From assembly GCF_000196555.1 (NCBI RefSeq), contig NC_015067.1, positions 1,680,001 to 1,712,000 on the forward strand: a DNA stretch of 32,000 nt. Direction: 5' to 3'. The position numbers were made by a program, and so were the translations under genes. Under the pieces are notes generated by a model. It worked only from the letters and a program-made list of their open reading frames with translations, was not told the DNA's origin and ran no database searches. The DNA comes from Bifidobacterium longum subsp. longum JCM 1217. Lineage in GTDB: Bacteria; Actinomycetota; Actinomycetes; Actinomycetales; Bifidobacteriaceae. How positions within the stretch are numbered: position 1 is the stretch's first letter; every line of letters begins with the position of its first letter. Positions 17,727-25,913 of this stretch are shown piece after piece.

Positions 17727-17884
17727 GCCATTTTGACCTACCGCCCCATGGGGTTTTCACCGCCCCATGGGTTGTTTACCGCCCCATGAGGAAGTTACCG
17801 CCCCATGGAAGGATAATCGGCAAACGCCAAGGGGGACACCGCATGGTGCGAGGTTTGCCGCATGGCGGAGGTGCCATCGGGCGG
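17668..17884. repeat. Phased 19-bp tandem array of the ACCGCCCCATG(G) motif with inverted copies
   Basis: ACCGCCCCATG occurs at 17740, 17759, 17778 and 17797. Decayed units keep the CATG register at 17842 and 17861. Reverse-complement copies CATGGGGCGGT lie at 17668 and 17687, and a 1-mismatch copy CCATCGGGCGG lies at 17874. Confidence 0.8.
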
Positions 17885-17938
17885 AGTATTTGGCACCCCT
17901 TGGCAGGTATTTGGCACATTGGGCCCCACCCGCAAAAA

Positions 17939-17975
17939 GCAAATGGCCCTTGGAATTATTCCAAGGGCCATTTGC
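17939..17975 (-). terminator. Rho-independent terminator of aspS (minus strand)
   Basis: Perfect 17-bp stem GCAAATGGCCCTTGGAA / TTCCAAGGGCCATTTGC with a 3-nt loop. On the minus strand it is followed by TTTTTGCG (17938-17931). Confidence 0.75.
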
Positions 17976-18098
17976 GGCTAATAGCACCGGAGCATTACTC
18001 CTCGAAAATTAATCTACGCGTGCGGAGACCGCCGTCCGAAGCCGAAGGCGCACTGAAGTACGTCGAGTGCTGAGGAAAAGCGGTATACGCTCCGTAGA

Positions 18099-19898
18099 TT
18101 AGTTTTCGTCGGCGTCCGGGTCGTAGTCGACGCCAGTCTCGGCGCGCTGCTCGTCGGAAATCGGGGCCGGAGCACCGGTCAGCGGGTCGCGGCCGCCGCC
18201 GGCCTTCGGGAAGGCGATGACGTCGCGGATGGAGTCTGCACCGGCCAGGATGGACACGGTGCGGTCCCAACCGAGGGCCAGACCCGCGTGAGGCGGAGCG
18301 CCGTACTTGAATGCCTCAAGCAGGAAGCCGAACTTCTCGTCGGCCTCTTCCTTGGTGATGCCCAGCACATCGAGCACACGGGCTTGGATGTCGTCGCGGT
18401 GGATACGTACGGAACCGCCGCCCATCTCCTCACCGTTGCAGACGATGTCGTAGGAGTCGGACATGGCGTGCTCGGGATCCTTGTCGAACTTGTCGATCCA
18501 ATCCTTGGAAGGCATGGTGAACGGGTGGTGCATGGAGGTCCACTTGGAGTGGCCGACAGCCACATCGTCATCATCCGGATCGTCGGTGGGCTTGAACAGC
18601 GGGAAGTCCACAACCCAAGTGAAAGCGAACTTCTTCGGATCCAGCAGGCCTTCGCGGGAGGCGAGCTCCACACGCACGGCACCCAGCAGCAGCTGGGCTG
18701 ACTCGCGGGAACCGGCGGCGAAGAACACGGCGTCGCCTTCCTCGGCACCGACGGCCTCGCGTAGGCCGTTGCGCTCCTCATCGGATAGGTTCTTGGCGAC
18801 GGGGCCCTTGAGCTCGCCGTTTTCGCCGAAGACCACGTAAGCAAGGCCCTTGGCTCCACGCTGACGAGCCCAATCCTGCCAAGCGTCGAACTGACGACGC
18901 GGCGTGGCGGCACCGCCCTTGAAGACCACGGCACCCACGTACGGGGCCTGGAACACGCGGAACGGCGTGTTCTTGAAGTACTCGGTCAGCTCCACCAGCG
19001 GGTTGCCGAAGCGCAGGTCCGGCTTGTCGGAGCCGTACTTGTCCATCGCATCCTTCCAGGTGATGCGCGGCAGCGGCAGCTGGACCTCATAGCCGGCGGA
19101 CTTCCAGATGGCGGCGATGACCTTCTCAGTCATGGCCATCACATCTTCCTGGTCCACGTAGGCCATCTCCATATCGAGCTGAGTGAACTCGGGCTGACGG
19201 TCGGCGCGGAAGTCCTCATCACGGTAGCAGCGGGCGAGCTGGTAGTAACGCTCGACACCGGAGACCATGAGCAGCTGCTTGAGGAGCTGCGGGGACTGCG
19301 GCAGGGCGTACCAGGAACCAGGCACCAGACGGGCCGGCACCACGAAGTCGCGGGCGCCTTCCGGGGTGGACTTAATGAAGGTCGGGGTCTCGACCTCGGT
19401 GAAGTCCATGTCTTCCAGCGCGTGGCGGGCGGCCTTAGCCATGTCGGAACGCAGCTTCAGATTGTGCTGCATGGACGGGCGGCGCAGGTCAAGGTAACGG
19501 TACTTCAGACGCACGTCCTCGCCAGGCAGCTTGTTCTCGGACTCATTCTCAAGAGCGGTGGAAACCTGGAACGGCAGGGCGTCGGACTTGGCGAGGATCT
19601 CGATGGTCTCGGCCACAACCTCGATCTTGCCGGTTGCCAGATGGGTGTTCTCGTTGCCATCCGGGCGCAGGCGCACTTCGCCGGTAATCTGAATCACGAA
19701 TTCGCTGCGCAGCGGGCGGGCCATATCCTCGTCGTAAATGACGACCTGCACGAGGCCGGTCGAATCACGAAGGTCGATGAAGGCCACGCCACCGTGATCA
19801 CGGCGTCGGTCAACCCAACCGGCGAGGGTGACCTTCTGGCCGACCAGGGCCTCGGTCACTTCAGTGGCATGATGTGTTCTGTAAGCCGTCTGGCTCAT
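18099..19898 (-). CDS. aspS: Aspartate--tRNA ligase
   Basis: Start is the ATG at 19898 after GAGGAG ([14 protein letters not shown]). OB-fold region is [19 protein letters not shown]. Class II motifs are [24 protein letters not shown] and [12 protein letters not shown]. Confidence 0.95.
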   Translation of the reverse strand: MSQTAYRTHHATEVTEALVGQKVTLAGWVDRRRDHGGVAFIDLRDSTGLVQVVIYDEDMARPLRSEFVIQITGEVRLRPDGNENTHLATGKIEVVAETIEILAKSDALPFQVSTALENESENKLPGEDVRLKYRYLDLRRPSMQHNLKLRSDMAKAARHALEDMDFTEVETPTFIKSTPEGARDFVVPARLVPGSWYALPQSPQLLKQLLMVSGVERYYQLARCYRDEDFRADRQPEFTQLDMEMAYVDQEDVMAMTEKVIAAIWKSAGYEVQLPLPRITWKDAMDKYGSDKPDLRFGNPLVELTEYFKNTPFRVFQAPYVGAVVFKGGAATPRRQFDAWQDWARQRGAKGLAYVVFGENGELKGPVAKNLSDEERNGLREAVGAEEGDAVFFAAGSRESAQLLLGAVRVELASREGLLDPKKFAFTWVVDFPLFKPTDDPDDDDVAVGHSKWTSMHHPFTMPSKDWIDKFDKDPEHAMSDSYDIVCNGEEMGGGSVRIHRDDIQARVLDVLGITKEEADEKFGFLLEAFKYGAPPHAGLALGWDRTVSILAGADSIRDVIAFPKAGGGRDPLTGAPAPISDEQRAETGVDYDPDADEN

Positions 19899-19933
19899 TG
19901 TCTTGTTTCTCCTCGATTTTTCGCGCGAATACG

Positions 19934-21334
19934 TCAGATTTCGACGGTTTGCTGGGCAACCACAGTATCCGGCTCCCACGACGTGCAATCGGCGGCAACC
20001 TGCTCGCCCGTGACGATGTTCTTGACCTCGTCGCCAGCGGGCTCTGCGCCTTCCGCACCTTCGGCAGCGGTGGCCGGGAACCACACGTACGGAATGCCGA
20101 GTTTGTCCGCGTACTTGATCTGCTTGCCGAGCTTGGCCGCGGTGGGTGCCACGTCAGTAGCGATGCCGCGCGCACGCAGTTGGTTCGCAATACGATTGGC
20201 GGCCGGGCGGTCCTCTTCATTCCACACAGCGACCAGCACGGCGGCCGGGCTGACACGGCTGGCGTGAGCGCCGGCGGTGTGCAGCATGTAGCTGACCAGT
20301 CGGCTCAGGCCGATGGACAGGCCCACGCCCGGGTACTTGCGGTTGCCCTGGGAAGCGAGATTGTCGTAACGACCACCGGAGCAGATGGAGCCGAGTGATG
20401 CGGCACCGTCGAGGAAGGTCTCGTAGACGGAACCGGTGTAGTAGTCGAGACCGCGGGCGATCTTCAGGTCGGCGATGACGGAACCGGGGCGGATGGCGGC
20501 GGCTTCGTCGACGATCATGGCCAGGGTATCGAGTCCCTGACGAGCCAGCGTGTAGGACTCGGAATCCTTGGCGATGCCGTGAGCCTCGCACAGCGCATCG
20601 AACTTGGCGGCAAGCTCGGCACCATCGGAGGCGGTGAGCTCGGCCAATTCGAGGCAGGCGCGCGCCTGTGCTTCGGTGGCGCCGCAGGTCTCGGTGAGCA
20701 GTCGGGCCACCTCATCGGCACCGATTTTGTCGAGCTTGTCGATCTCGCGCAGCACGCCTTCGACGTCCGTCAGACCAAGGCCGCGGTAGAAGCCTTCAGA
20801 CAACTTGCGGTTATTGGCGTGCACGGTGGCCTTGGGGAGGCCATACGCGCGCAGCTCTTCCAGTGCGGAGACCATGACCAGCGGCAGTTCCACTTCATAG
20901 TGGTCGGGCAGGTCGCCGGCGCCGATCACGTCGATGTCGGCCTGTACGAACTCGCGGAAGCGGCCTTCCTGCGGACGCTCGCCACGCCACACCTTCTGAA
21001 TCTGCCAGCGCTTGAACGGGAACGCCAACGCACCCGAGTGCTCGACCACATACCGGCTCAGCGGCACGGTCAGATCGAAATGCAGGCCCAAACGCTCTTC
21101 AATCGGAGTGTCGGATTCATGACCGACCTCCTGCAAACGGCTCAGCAGGTAAATCTCCTTGCTGGTCTCGCCTTTTTTCAGCAAAGAAGCGCCGGTTTCC
21201 ACCGCTCGCGTCTCAATGCCGATGAAGCCGTTGAGCTCAAAAACCTTACGAAGCGTATCGATAACACGCTGCTCCACAACACGTTCGGAGGGGAGCCACT
21301 CCGGGAATCCTGATATTGATGCACCTTTAGCCAC
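19934..21334 (-). CDS. hisS: Histidine--tRNA ligase
   Basis: GTG start at 21334 ([19 protein letters not shown]). Motifs include [29 protein letters not shown] and [11 protein letters not shown], with a C-terminal anticodon-binding domain. Confidence 0.93.
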   Translation of the reverse strand: MAKGASISGFPEWLPSERVVEQRVIDTLRKVFELNGFIGIETRAVETGASLLKKGETSKEIYLLSRLQEVGHESDTPIEERLGLHFDLTVPLSRYVVEHSGALAFPFKRWQIQKVWRGERPQEGRFREFVQADIDVIGAGDLPDHYEVELPLVMVSALEELRAYGLPKATVHANNRKLSEGFYRGLGLTDVEGVLREIDKLDKIGADEVARLLTETCGATEAQARACLELAELTASDGAELAAKFDALCEAHGIAKDSESYTLARQGLDTLAMIVDEAAAIRPGSVIADLKIARGLDYYTGSVYETFLDGAASLGSICSGGRYDNLASQGNRKYPGVGLSIGLSRLVSYMLHTAGAHASRVSPAAVLVAVWNEEDRPAANRIANQLRARGIATDVAPTAAKLGKQIKYADKLGIPYVWFPATAAEGAEGAEPAGDEVKNIVTGEQVAADCTSWEPDTVVAQQTVEI

Positions 21335-21340
21335 GAAATC

Positions 21341-21346
21341 AATATA
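21341..21346 (-). promoter_or_regulatory. Candidate -10 hexamer (TATATT on the minus strand) 6 nt upstream of the hisS GTG; possible leaderless transcript
   Basis: The minus strand reads CCTATTATATTGATTTC-GTG. There is no purine-rich SD between the hexamer and the start codon. Confidence 0.3.
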
Positions 21347-21433
21347 ATAGGTGAGGGTTGCGTCAAAACTTCCTGGTTCGCCCGGGATGGGAGACGCTCC
21401 CGCTTATGCATTCTACGCTTTAAGGAGCTGGCC

Positions 21434-22894
21434 ATGGCCGACGAAACTGTCACCGAACCCGTAAACACCGCTGCGCCCGAAGAGCAGGCAACGACACCCG
21501 CACCCGAGGCCAGCGCGGCCACGCCGGCGCCGACTCCGTCCCCCGCTTCCATGCCGAAACCGCACGCGCCCTCCCCCGCCGCCTTCGCCAAGAAGACTCC
21601 GGCGACCAAGCCGCGCGCTGCCGCCCCGGCCGCCGCCACCGCCGCCTATTCCGAGGCTGATGTCAAGGCCGCCGAGGCCTTCGGCCGCGTGGATGACAAC
21701 GGCACCGTCTTCGTCAAGGATGGCGACGCCGAGCGCGAGGTGGGCCAGTTCCCGGATGTCTCCAAGGAAGAGGCGTTGGCACTGTACGCCCGTCGTTTCC
21801 TGGATCTCAAGGCCAAGCTCGATCTGTTGGCCACCCGTCTGGCTTCCCCGAACATCAAGGCCCGTGAAATCGACGAATCCGTGAAGCTCTTGGGTGAAGA
21901 AACCTCCGAGCCGGCCGTCGTGGGCGATCTTGCCGCACTCAAGGCCCAGTACGAGGAGCTGAAGGCTGCCGGCGAGGCCAAGAAGACCGAAATCGCCGAG
22001 GCACGCAAGGCCGCTCAGGCCAAGGCCGTTGCCGAGCGCACCGCCATTGTCGAGAAGGCTGAAGCACTGGCCGCTTCTCTGGGCGACAACACCAACTGGC
22101 GCTCCACCGCCGACAAGTTCCGTAACCTGTTCGACGAGTGGCAGAACCACCAGCGCACCACCGTGCGCATCGACAAGCCGGAGGCCGAGGCGCTGTGGAA
22201 GCGCTTCTCCGCCGCCCGTACCACCTTCAACCAGGCTCGCCGCAAGTGGGCTCAGGCTCGCGACAACGAGCGCACGGCCGCCAAGGAAGCCAAGGAAGCG
22301 ATTATCGCCGAGGCCAATGAGCTCAAGGATTCCACCGCTTGGGGTGAGACTTCCCGCAAGTTCAACGATCTGATGGACCGTTGGAAGAAGGCCGGCCGCG
22401 CTGGCCGTAACGAGGACGACGAGCTGTGGGCCAAGTTCCGCGAAGCCGCCGACACCTTCTTCAACGCTCGTCAGGCCGATCGCGATCAGATCAACTCCTC
22501 CGAGAAGGAGAATCTGGCTGCCAAGGAGGCTCTGCTGGTCAAGGCCGAGGCTCTGGTGCCGGTGAAGACCGACGCCGAGGCCAAGAAGGCCCGCCAGGAG
22601 CTGGCCAAGATTCAGGAAGAGTGGGATCAGATCGGTTACGTGCCGCGTGACGATATGCGCCGCATCGAGAACCGTCTCGACGCCGTTGACAAGCAGATCA
22701 AGGCCATCGAGGATGCCGCTTGGAAGCAGACCGATCCGGAGGCCGACGCCCGCAAGTCCAGCTTCGAGGAGCAGCTCAACGCCCAGCTCGCCGAGCTCGA
22801 CGCCGAGATCGCGGCCGAATCCGACCCGAAGAAGAAGGCCAAGCTCGAAGCCGAGAAGGCCACCAAGGAGCAGTGGCTGAACGCCATCAAGTAA
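21434..22894 (+). CDS. DUF349 domain-containing protein
   Basis: An AAGGAG ribosome-binding site precedes the ATG at 21434. A Pro/Ala-rich N-terminus is followed by repeated W..(K/R)F..L...W helical modules: NWRSTADKFRNLFDEWQ, ALWKRFSAARTTFNQARRKW, AWGETSRKFNDLMDRWKK, ELWAKFREAADTFFNARQ and ELAKIQEEWDQIGYVPRD. Confidence 0.85.
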   Translation: MADETVTEPVNTAAPEEQATTPAPEASAATPAPTPSPASMPKPHAPSPAAFAKKTPATKPRAAAPAAATAAYSEADVKAAEAFGRVDDNGTVFVKDGDAEREVGQFPDVSKEEALALYARRFLDLKAKLDLLATRLASPNIKAREIDESVKLLGEETSEPAVVGDLAALKAQYEELKAAGEAKKTEIAEARKAAQAKAVAERTAIVEKAEALAASLGDNTNWRSTADKFRNLFDEWQNHQRTTVRIDKPEAEALWKRFSAARTTFNQARRKWAQARDNERTAAKEAKEAIIAEANELKDSTAWGETSRKFNDLMDRWKKAGRAGRNEDDELWAKFREAADTFFNARQADRDQINSSEKENLAAKEALLVKAEALVPVKTDAEAKKARQELAKIQEEWDQIGYVPRDDMRRIENRLDAVDKQIKAIEDAAWKQTDPEADARKSSFEEQLNAQLAELDAEIAAESDPKKKAKLEAEKATKEQWLNAIK

Positions 22895-22901
22895 GGGTCT
22901 C

Positions 22902-23026
22902 GCCAGCTCCCCTCTCAGACAGAGAGGGGAGCTGGCAGTAAGGCTGACTGAGGGGAGTTTACGGTTATACCGCAAGCTCCCCTCAGTCGCCTACGGCGAC
23001 AGCTCCCCTCAGCGAGGGGAGCGTCG
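22902..23026. repeat. Composite three-hairpin palindromic element (GGGGAGC family) between convergent genes
   Basis: Hairpin 1 is GCCAGCTCCCCTCTC-agaca-GAGAGGGGAGCTGGC (22902-22936, 15 bp). Hairpin 2 is GACTGAGGGGAG..CTCCCCTCAGTC (22946-22988, 12 bp). Hairpin 3 is CGAC(A)GCTCCCCTC-agc-GAGGGGAGCGTCG (22997-23026). Confidence 0.75.
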
Positions 23027-23104
23027 TCATATTTATGCCGTTTTCTCCTGCCCTATACTCATAACTTCACCCCATAGTTCCTCAGTCACCCAGCAATTGG
23101 TGTC

Positions 23105-24898
23105 TTACGCCTGAGTCCCTACCGGTACTGCAACAACTGCCGTGAGCCCTTGATGTGCGGCCAGATATTCATGCAACGGCTGGCTGTATGGCATATCCAG
23201 CTCGCCGTAATTGGTTCCGGCACGGAAGGCGGGGTAACTGTCGCCGCCCTGAAGCAGATATGAATTGGACGCGATAATCACCAGGTCATCGTCCGCAATC
23301 GGTCGGCCGTCAACGGCGAGGTTCGCGATACGAACCGCCGCATGTTCGTCGGCAGCACACTCGTCAGCGTCAGCGTTGGTATCAGCGCCGGAATCAGTAT
23401 CAACGCCGGCATCGGCATTGCCGCTCTCACCAGCCGTACCGCATTCGGCATACCGATACGTCACGTTCGAGGAGATGCCGAGCCAGCGCCGCTCCAGTCG
23501 CCCATCGTCACGGCGAAATTGCTCGGCGAGCACTCTCTTCACATCGCGCCCGGTGAGCGTCTCATGCGCGGCCTTGAACTGCAAGGCCATGAGACTATCC
23601 ACCTCGCGCACGGTGACTTTGCCATCGCCATTCATATCAAGCCGTGGAGTCCGCAGACTGCCATTATTCGAAAATCCGATTACCGGCAAGCGATTCCCGG
23701 CATACACATGCTTCATGATTGACTCTCGGTTCGCGTCCGCCACCAGCACACCGACCGTATTCCCGTGCTTGTCCGAACCTTGTTTGTCGAAATTCACGCC
23801 GGAGGCCAAGGTGCCAATCACCGCGCTGCCGGTATGGTTCGCATATGTTGCCGACGCCTGGTAAATATGCTGCGCGCGCGATACCTCATCGTTCTCCTCA
23901 GCACCGGCAGACATCCAAGCGGCTTGCGCCGGATGCGCATTAAGCCCATCCACGCCCAGCACGCCGTCAACCGCCGTATGGCTGGTGCCATTGCCGAGGT
24001 CAACGTCGGCCACTCGCACCGTGGCGCGACGCCCGGCACCGGTGATGATCAAATCCTGCACGGCCATGTTCCGCCCGAAGCTGCCCGCCTCGTAAATAGG
24101 CGCGCCACCCGCGGTTGTACCGTGCTTGATCGCGTGACTGTGACCGGTGTATACCACATCAACATCTCGCCCAATATCGGCGGCGGCTGAAGCATCGGCA
24201 TGCAGCAAGGCCACCACCGCATCCACCTTTCCGGAGCGCTTGAGTTCACGGGCCACACGATTGATCGCGTCCACCGCCCGTTCGTCAAGATCGGCATCAC
24301 GAGTGATCTGCGGAGTGGCCACCGAGCCGAGCGCATCAGTAAGGGCGCCCACGAAACCGATCCGCTTGCCGTTCACCGTTCGAATCGTAGAGTCACGTAC
24401 GTGGCTCAGCAGTCCGTCAGACGACTTATTGGCGGCAGACGTGTTGGCGCACAGCCAGTCGATGCCGTTGCTGGGATCAGCGATGCGATTGTTGAAATCG
24501 GCGACACCGCGGTCGAACTCATGGTTGCCTACCGCCGAAATCGTCAATCCCCACGCTTTGGCCATATCCAGCGTGGGTTGGTCCTTCTCCACCGCCGACT
24601 CATACGGGGAGCCTCCCACCAAATCGCCGGTCGATACCGGAATCATATTGCCGGGATTATGGCTGTCGGCCACGGTGAAGGCGGTGGCGTTGTCCGCACC
24701 ACGTTCGATATGCCCGTGAAAATCAGTGATGTCGGCAATGGTCACCGTACGAGTGCCGGAAGATGGATTATCACCGGAAAAAGGAACGGCTCCCGTGGTT
24801 CCAGCACAAGCATAAGGAACCACCAGAGCCGTAAGGATAAGCGCTACTGCACCAAAAACGATCCCCGATCGCTTGCCGGCCCACCGCCGGTTCTTCAT
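23105..24898 (-). CDS. Secreted bifunctional metallophosphatase/5'-nucleotidase-type enzyme
   Basis: The ATG at 24898 (AGGA ribosome-binding site) gives MKNRRWAGKRSGIVFGAVALILTALVVPYACAG, a signal or anchor sequence. Metallophosphatase motifs are ADITDFHGHI, STGDLVGGSP, GNHEFDRG, ALLHADA and YTGHSHA. The C-terminal 5'-nucleotidase-type domain carries an Asp/Ala-rich insert. Confidence 0.85.
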   Translation of the reverse strand: MKNRRWAGKRSGIVFGAVALILTALVVPYACAGTTGAVPFSGDNPSSGTRTVTIADITDFHGHIERGADNATAFTVADSHNPGNMIPVSTGDLVGGSPYESAVEKDQPTLDMAKAWGLTISAVGNHEFDRGVADFNNRIADPSNGIDWLCANTSAANKSSDGLLSHVRDSTIRTVNGKRIGFVGALTDALGSVATPQITRDADLDERAVDAINRVARELKRSGKVDAVVALLHADASAAADIGRDVDVVYTGHSHAIKHGTTAGGAPIYEAGSFGRNMAVQDLIITGAGRRATVRVADVDLGNGTSHTAVDGVLGVDGLNAHPAQAAWMSAGAEENDEVSRAQHIYQASATYANHTGSAVIGTLASGVNFDKQGSDKHGNTVGVLVADANRESIMKHVYAGNRLPVIGFSNNGSLRTPRLDMNGDGKVTVREVDSLMALQFKAAHETLTGRDVKRVLAEQFRRDDGRLERRWLGISSNVTYRYAECGTAGESGNADAGVDTDSGADTNADADECAADEHAAVRIANLAVDGRPIADDDLVIIASNSYLLQGGDSYPAFRAGTNYGELDMPYSQPLHEYLAAHQGLTAVVAVPVGTQA

Positions 24899-24995
24899 AT
24901 TCCTGCTCACACCAGTCACGCTAGAATCGTCGATTGAATGGCCATGCCTAGGAAGGCGACTCTCAGGTGAATTCTTAGCGGCGTCTTGGGATGGG

Positions 24996-25031
24996 AAAGG
25001 CCTGACCCCATACTATCAGGGTCAGGCCTTT
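24996..25031 (-). terminator. Stem-loop downstream of the creatininase gene (probable operon terminator)
   Basis: Perfect 13-bp stem AAAGGCCTGACCC / GGGTCAGGCCTTT with a 10-nt loop, 39 nt after the stop at 25070. The A/T tracts at both stem bases allow bidirectional action, but there is no long U-run. Confidence 0.5.
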
Positions 25032-25069
25032 GCAACCCGAGTCACTACGAATGCGTCAGCAAGAGGAGA

Positions 25070-25828
25070 TTACTCGCCAAATTCCTCGGCGCAGATCTCA
25101 GCTACCGCATCCACGCACGCCTCGGCAATCAGACGGCCGCGTTCGGCGCTCGAGCCGGCCGGATTGGCGAGTCCGCCGTGAGCGGGAACGTCACCTTGGC
25201 GCACAGGGTAGCGGACATAGGATTTCGCCGTGGCACCGGCTTCCTCGACCATACGGTCCATGTGCACCAGTTCCGGCGCATAGTGGAGCATCAACGAAGT
25301 TTCGGTGACGGCCGCATGCTCCAATGCCCAGCCGGGGAACACCAATCCATCGAACACCTTGTCGATAACCGACTGCGGAACTGGATCCCACCAATTGGTT
25401 TCCACGATGGTGGCTACTCCCCCGGTTTCGCGGATGACCAGATCGATGGCCTCGACGATGAACGCCTCGTTTTCAAAATGCGCGTTCATGACGACGATCT
25501 TGGTGAAGCCATCGGCGATGAGTTCGCTCAGCACGTCGTGCATTTGGTTGATCACTGTCACGCCGTTCATGTCGATAGTGCCCGGGAACAGCGGCCCGCC
25601 ACCGGAGAGCGGCTTGGACTTGTATCCGTAGCTCAGGGTGGGCAGCACGGTGCCGTCGATGCGTTCCGCCAGATCTTCGGCGACCCGCGTGGCGAGTACC
25701 GCGTCGGTGCCGATGGGCAGATGCTGGCCGTGCTGTTCGGTCGAACCGATCGGCACGATGACGGGACGAGTCTTCGCCTCCTTGAATTCCGGCCAGGTCA
25801 TGTGGTCCATACGGCGGTTGCTACCCAT
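25070..25828 (-). CDS. Creatininase-family (creatinine amidohydrolase-like) metal-dependent cyclic amidohydrolase
   Basis: AAAGGAG ribosome-binding site. Motifs are VIVPIGSTEQHGQHLPIGTD, VVMNAHFEN (compare NGHYEN of creatininase) and GWALEHAAVTETSLML. Confidence 0.85.
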   Translation of the reverse strand: MGSNRRMDHMTWPEFKEAKTRPVIVPIGSTEQHGQHLPIGTDAVLATRVAEDLAERIDGTVLPTLSYGYKSKPLSGGGPLFPGTIDMNGVTVINQMHDVLSELIADGFTKIVVMNAHFENEAFIVEAIDLVIRETGGVATIVETNWWDPVPQSVIDKVFDGLVFPGWALEHAAVTETSLMLHYAPELVHMDRMVEEAGATAKSYVRYPVRQGDVPAHGGLANPAGSSAERGRLIAEACVDAVAEICAEEFGE

Positions 25829-25877
25829 TGCAGTACTCCTTTAGGTTGGTGGTGGATTGGATGGTCGATGAATACGC

Positions 25878-25902
25878 CCGGCTCCCTCGGGGAAGGAGCC
25901 GG
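25878..25902 (-). other. Intercistronic stem-loop between the MFS transporter stop and the creatininase start
   Basis: CCGGCTCC-N9-GGAGCCGG, an 8-bp GC-rich stem. It lies in the 85-nt gap between the two co-oriented genes. Confidence 0.3.
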
Positions 25903-25913
25903 AGCTGAGGAGA

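Noticed and set aside
17668-17884. Possible CRISPR array
   Set aside because: The period is only 19 bp, with about 8 bp of non-unique filler between 11-bp cores. Units occur in both orientations and no cas genes are present. It is reported instead as a tandem/inverted repeat array.
17890-17918. Sigma-54-like TGGCAC..TTGC promoter
   Set aside because: TGGCAC is followed by CCCTTGGCA, so the -12 GC element is not at the required spacing. The site lies between convergent gene ends. Actinobacteria of this type are not known to encode RpoN.
17757-18073. Track ORFs 17757..17987 (-), 17767..18012 (+) and 17786..18073 (+)
   Set aside because: They are generated by the repeat array and the terminator palindrome (PPHG/WGG strings). 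They are mutually overlapping, lack an SD and lie in a convergent intergenic region.
21413-22975. 520-aa minus-strand ORF
   Set aside because: It is antisense to the DUF349 gene, which has an SD and periodic conserved modules. The minus-strand product is an L/G-rich low-complexity sequence that runs into the palindromic repeat.
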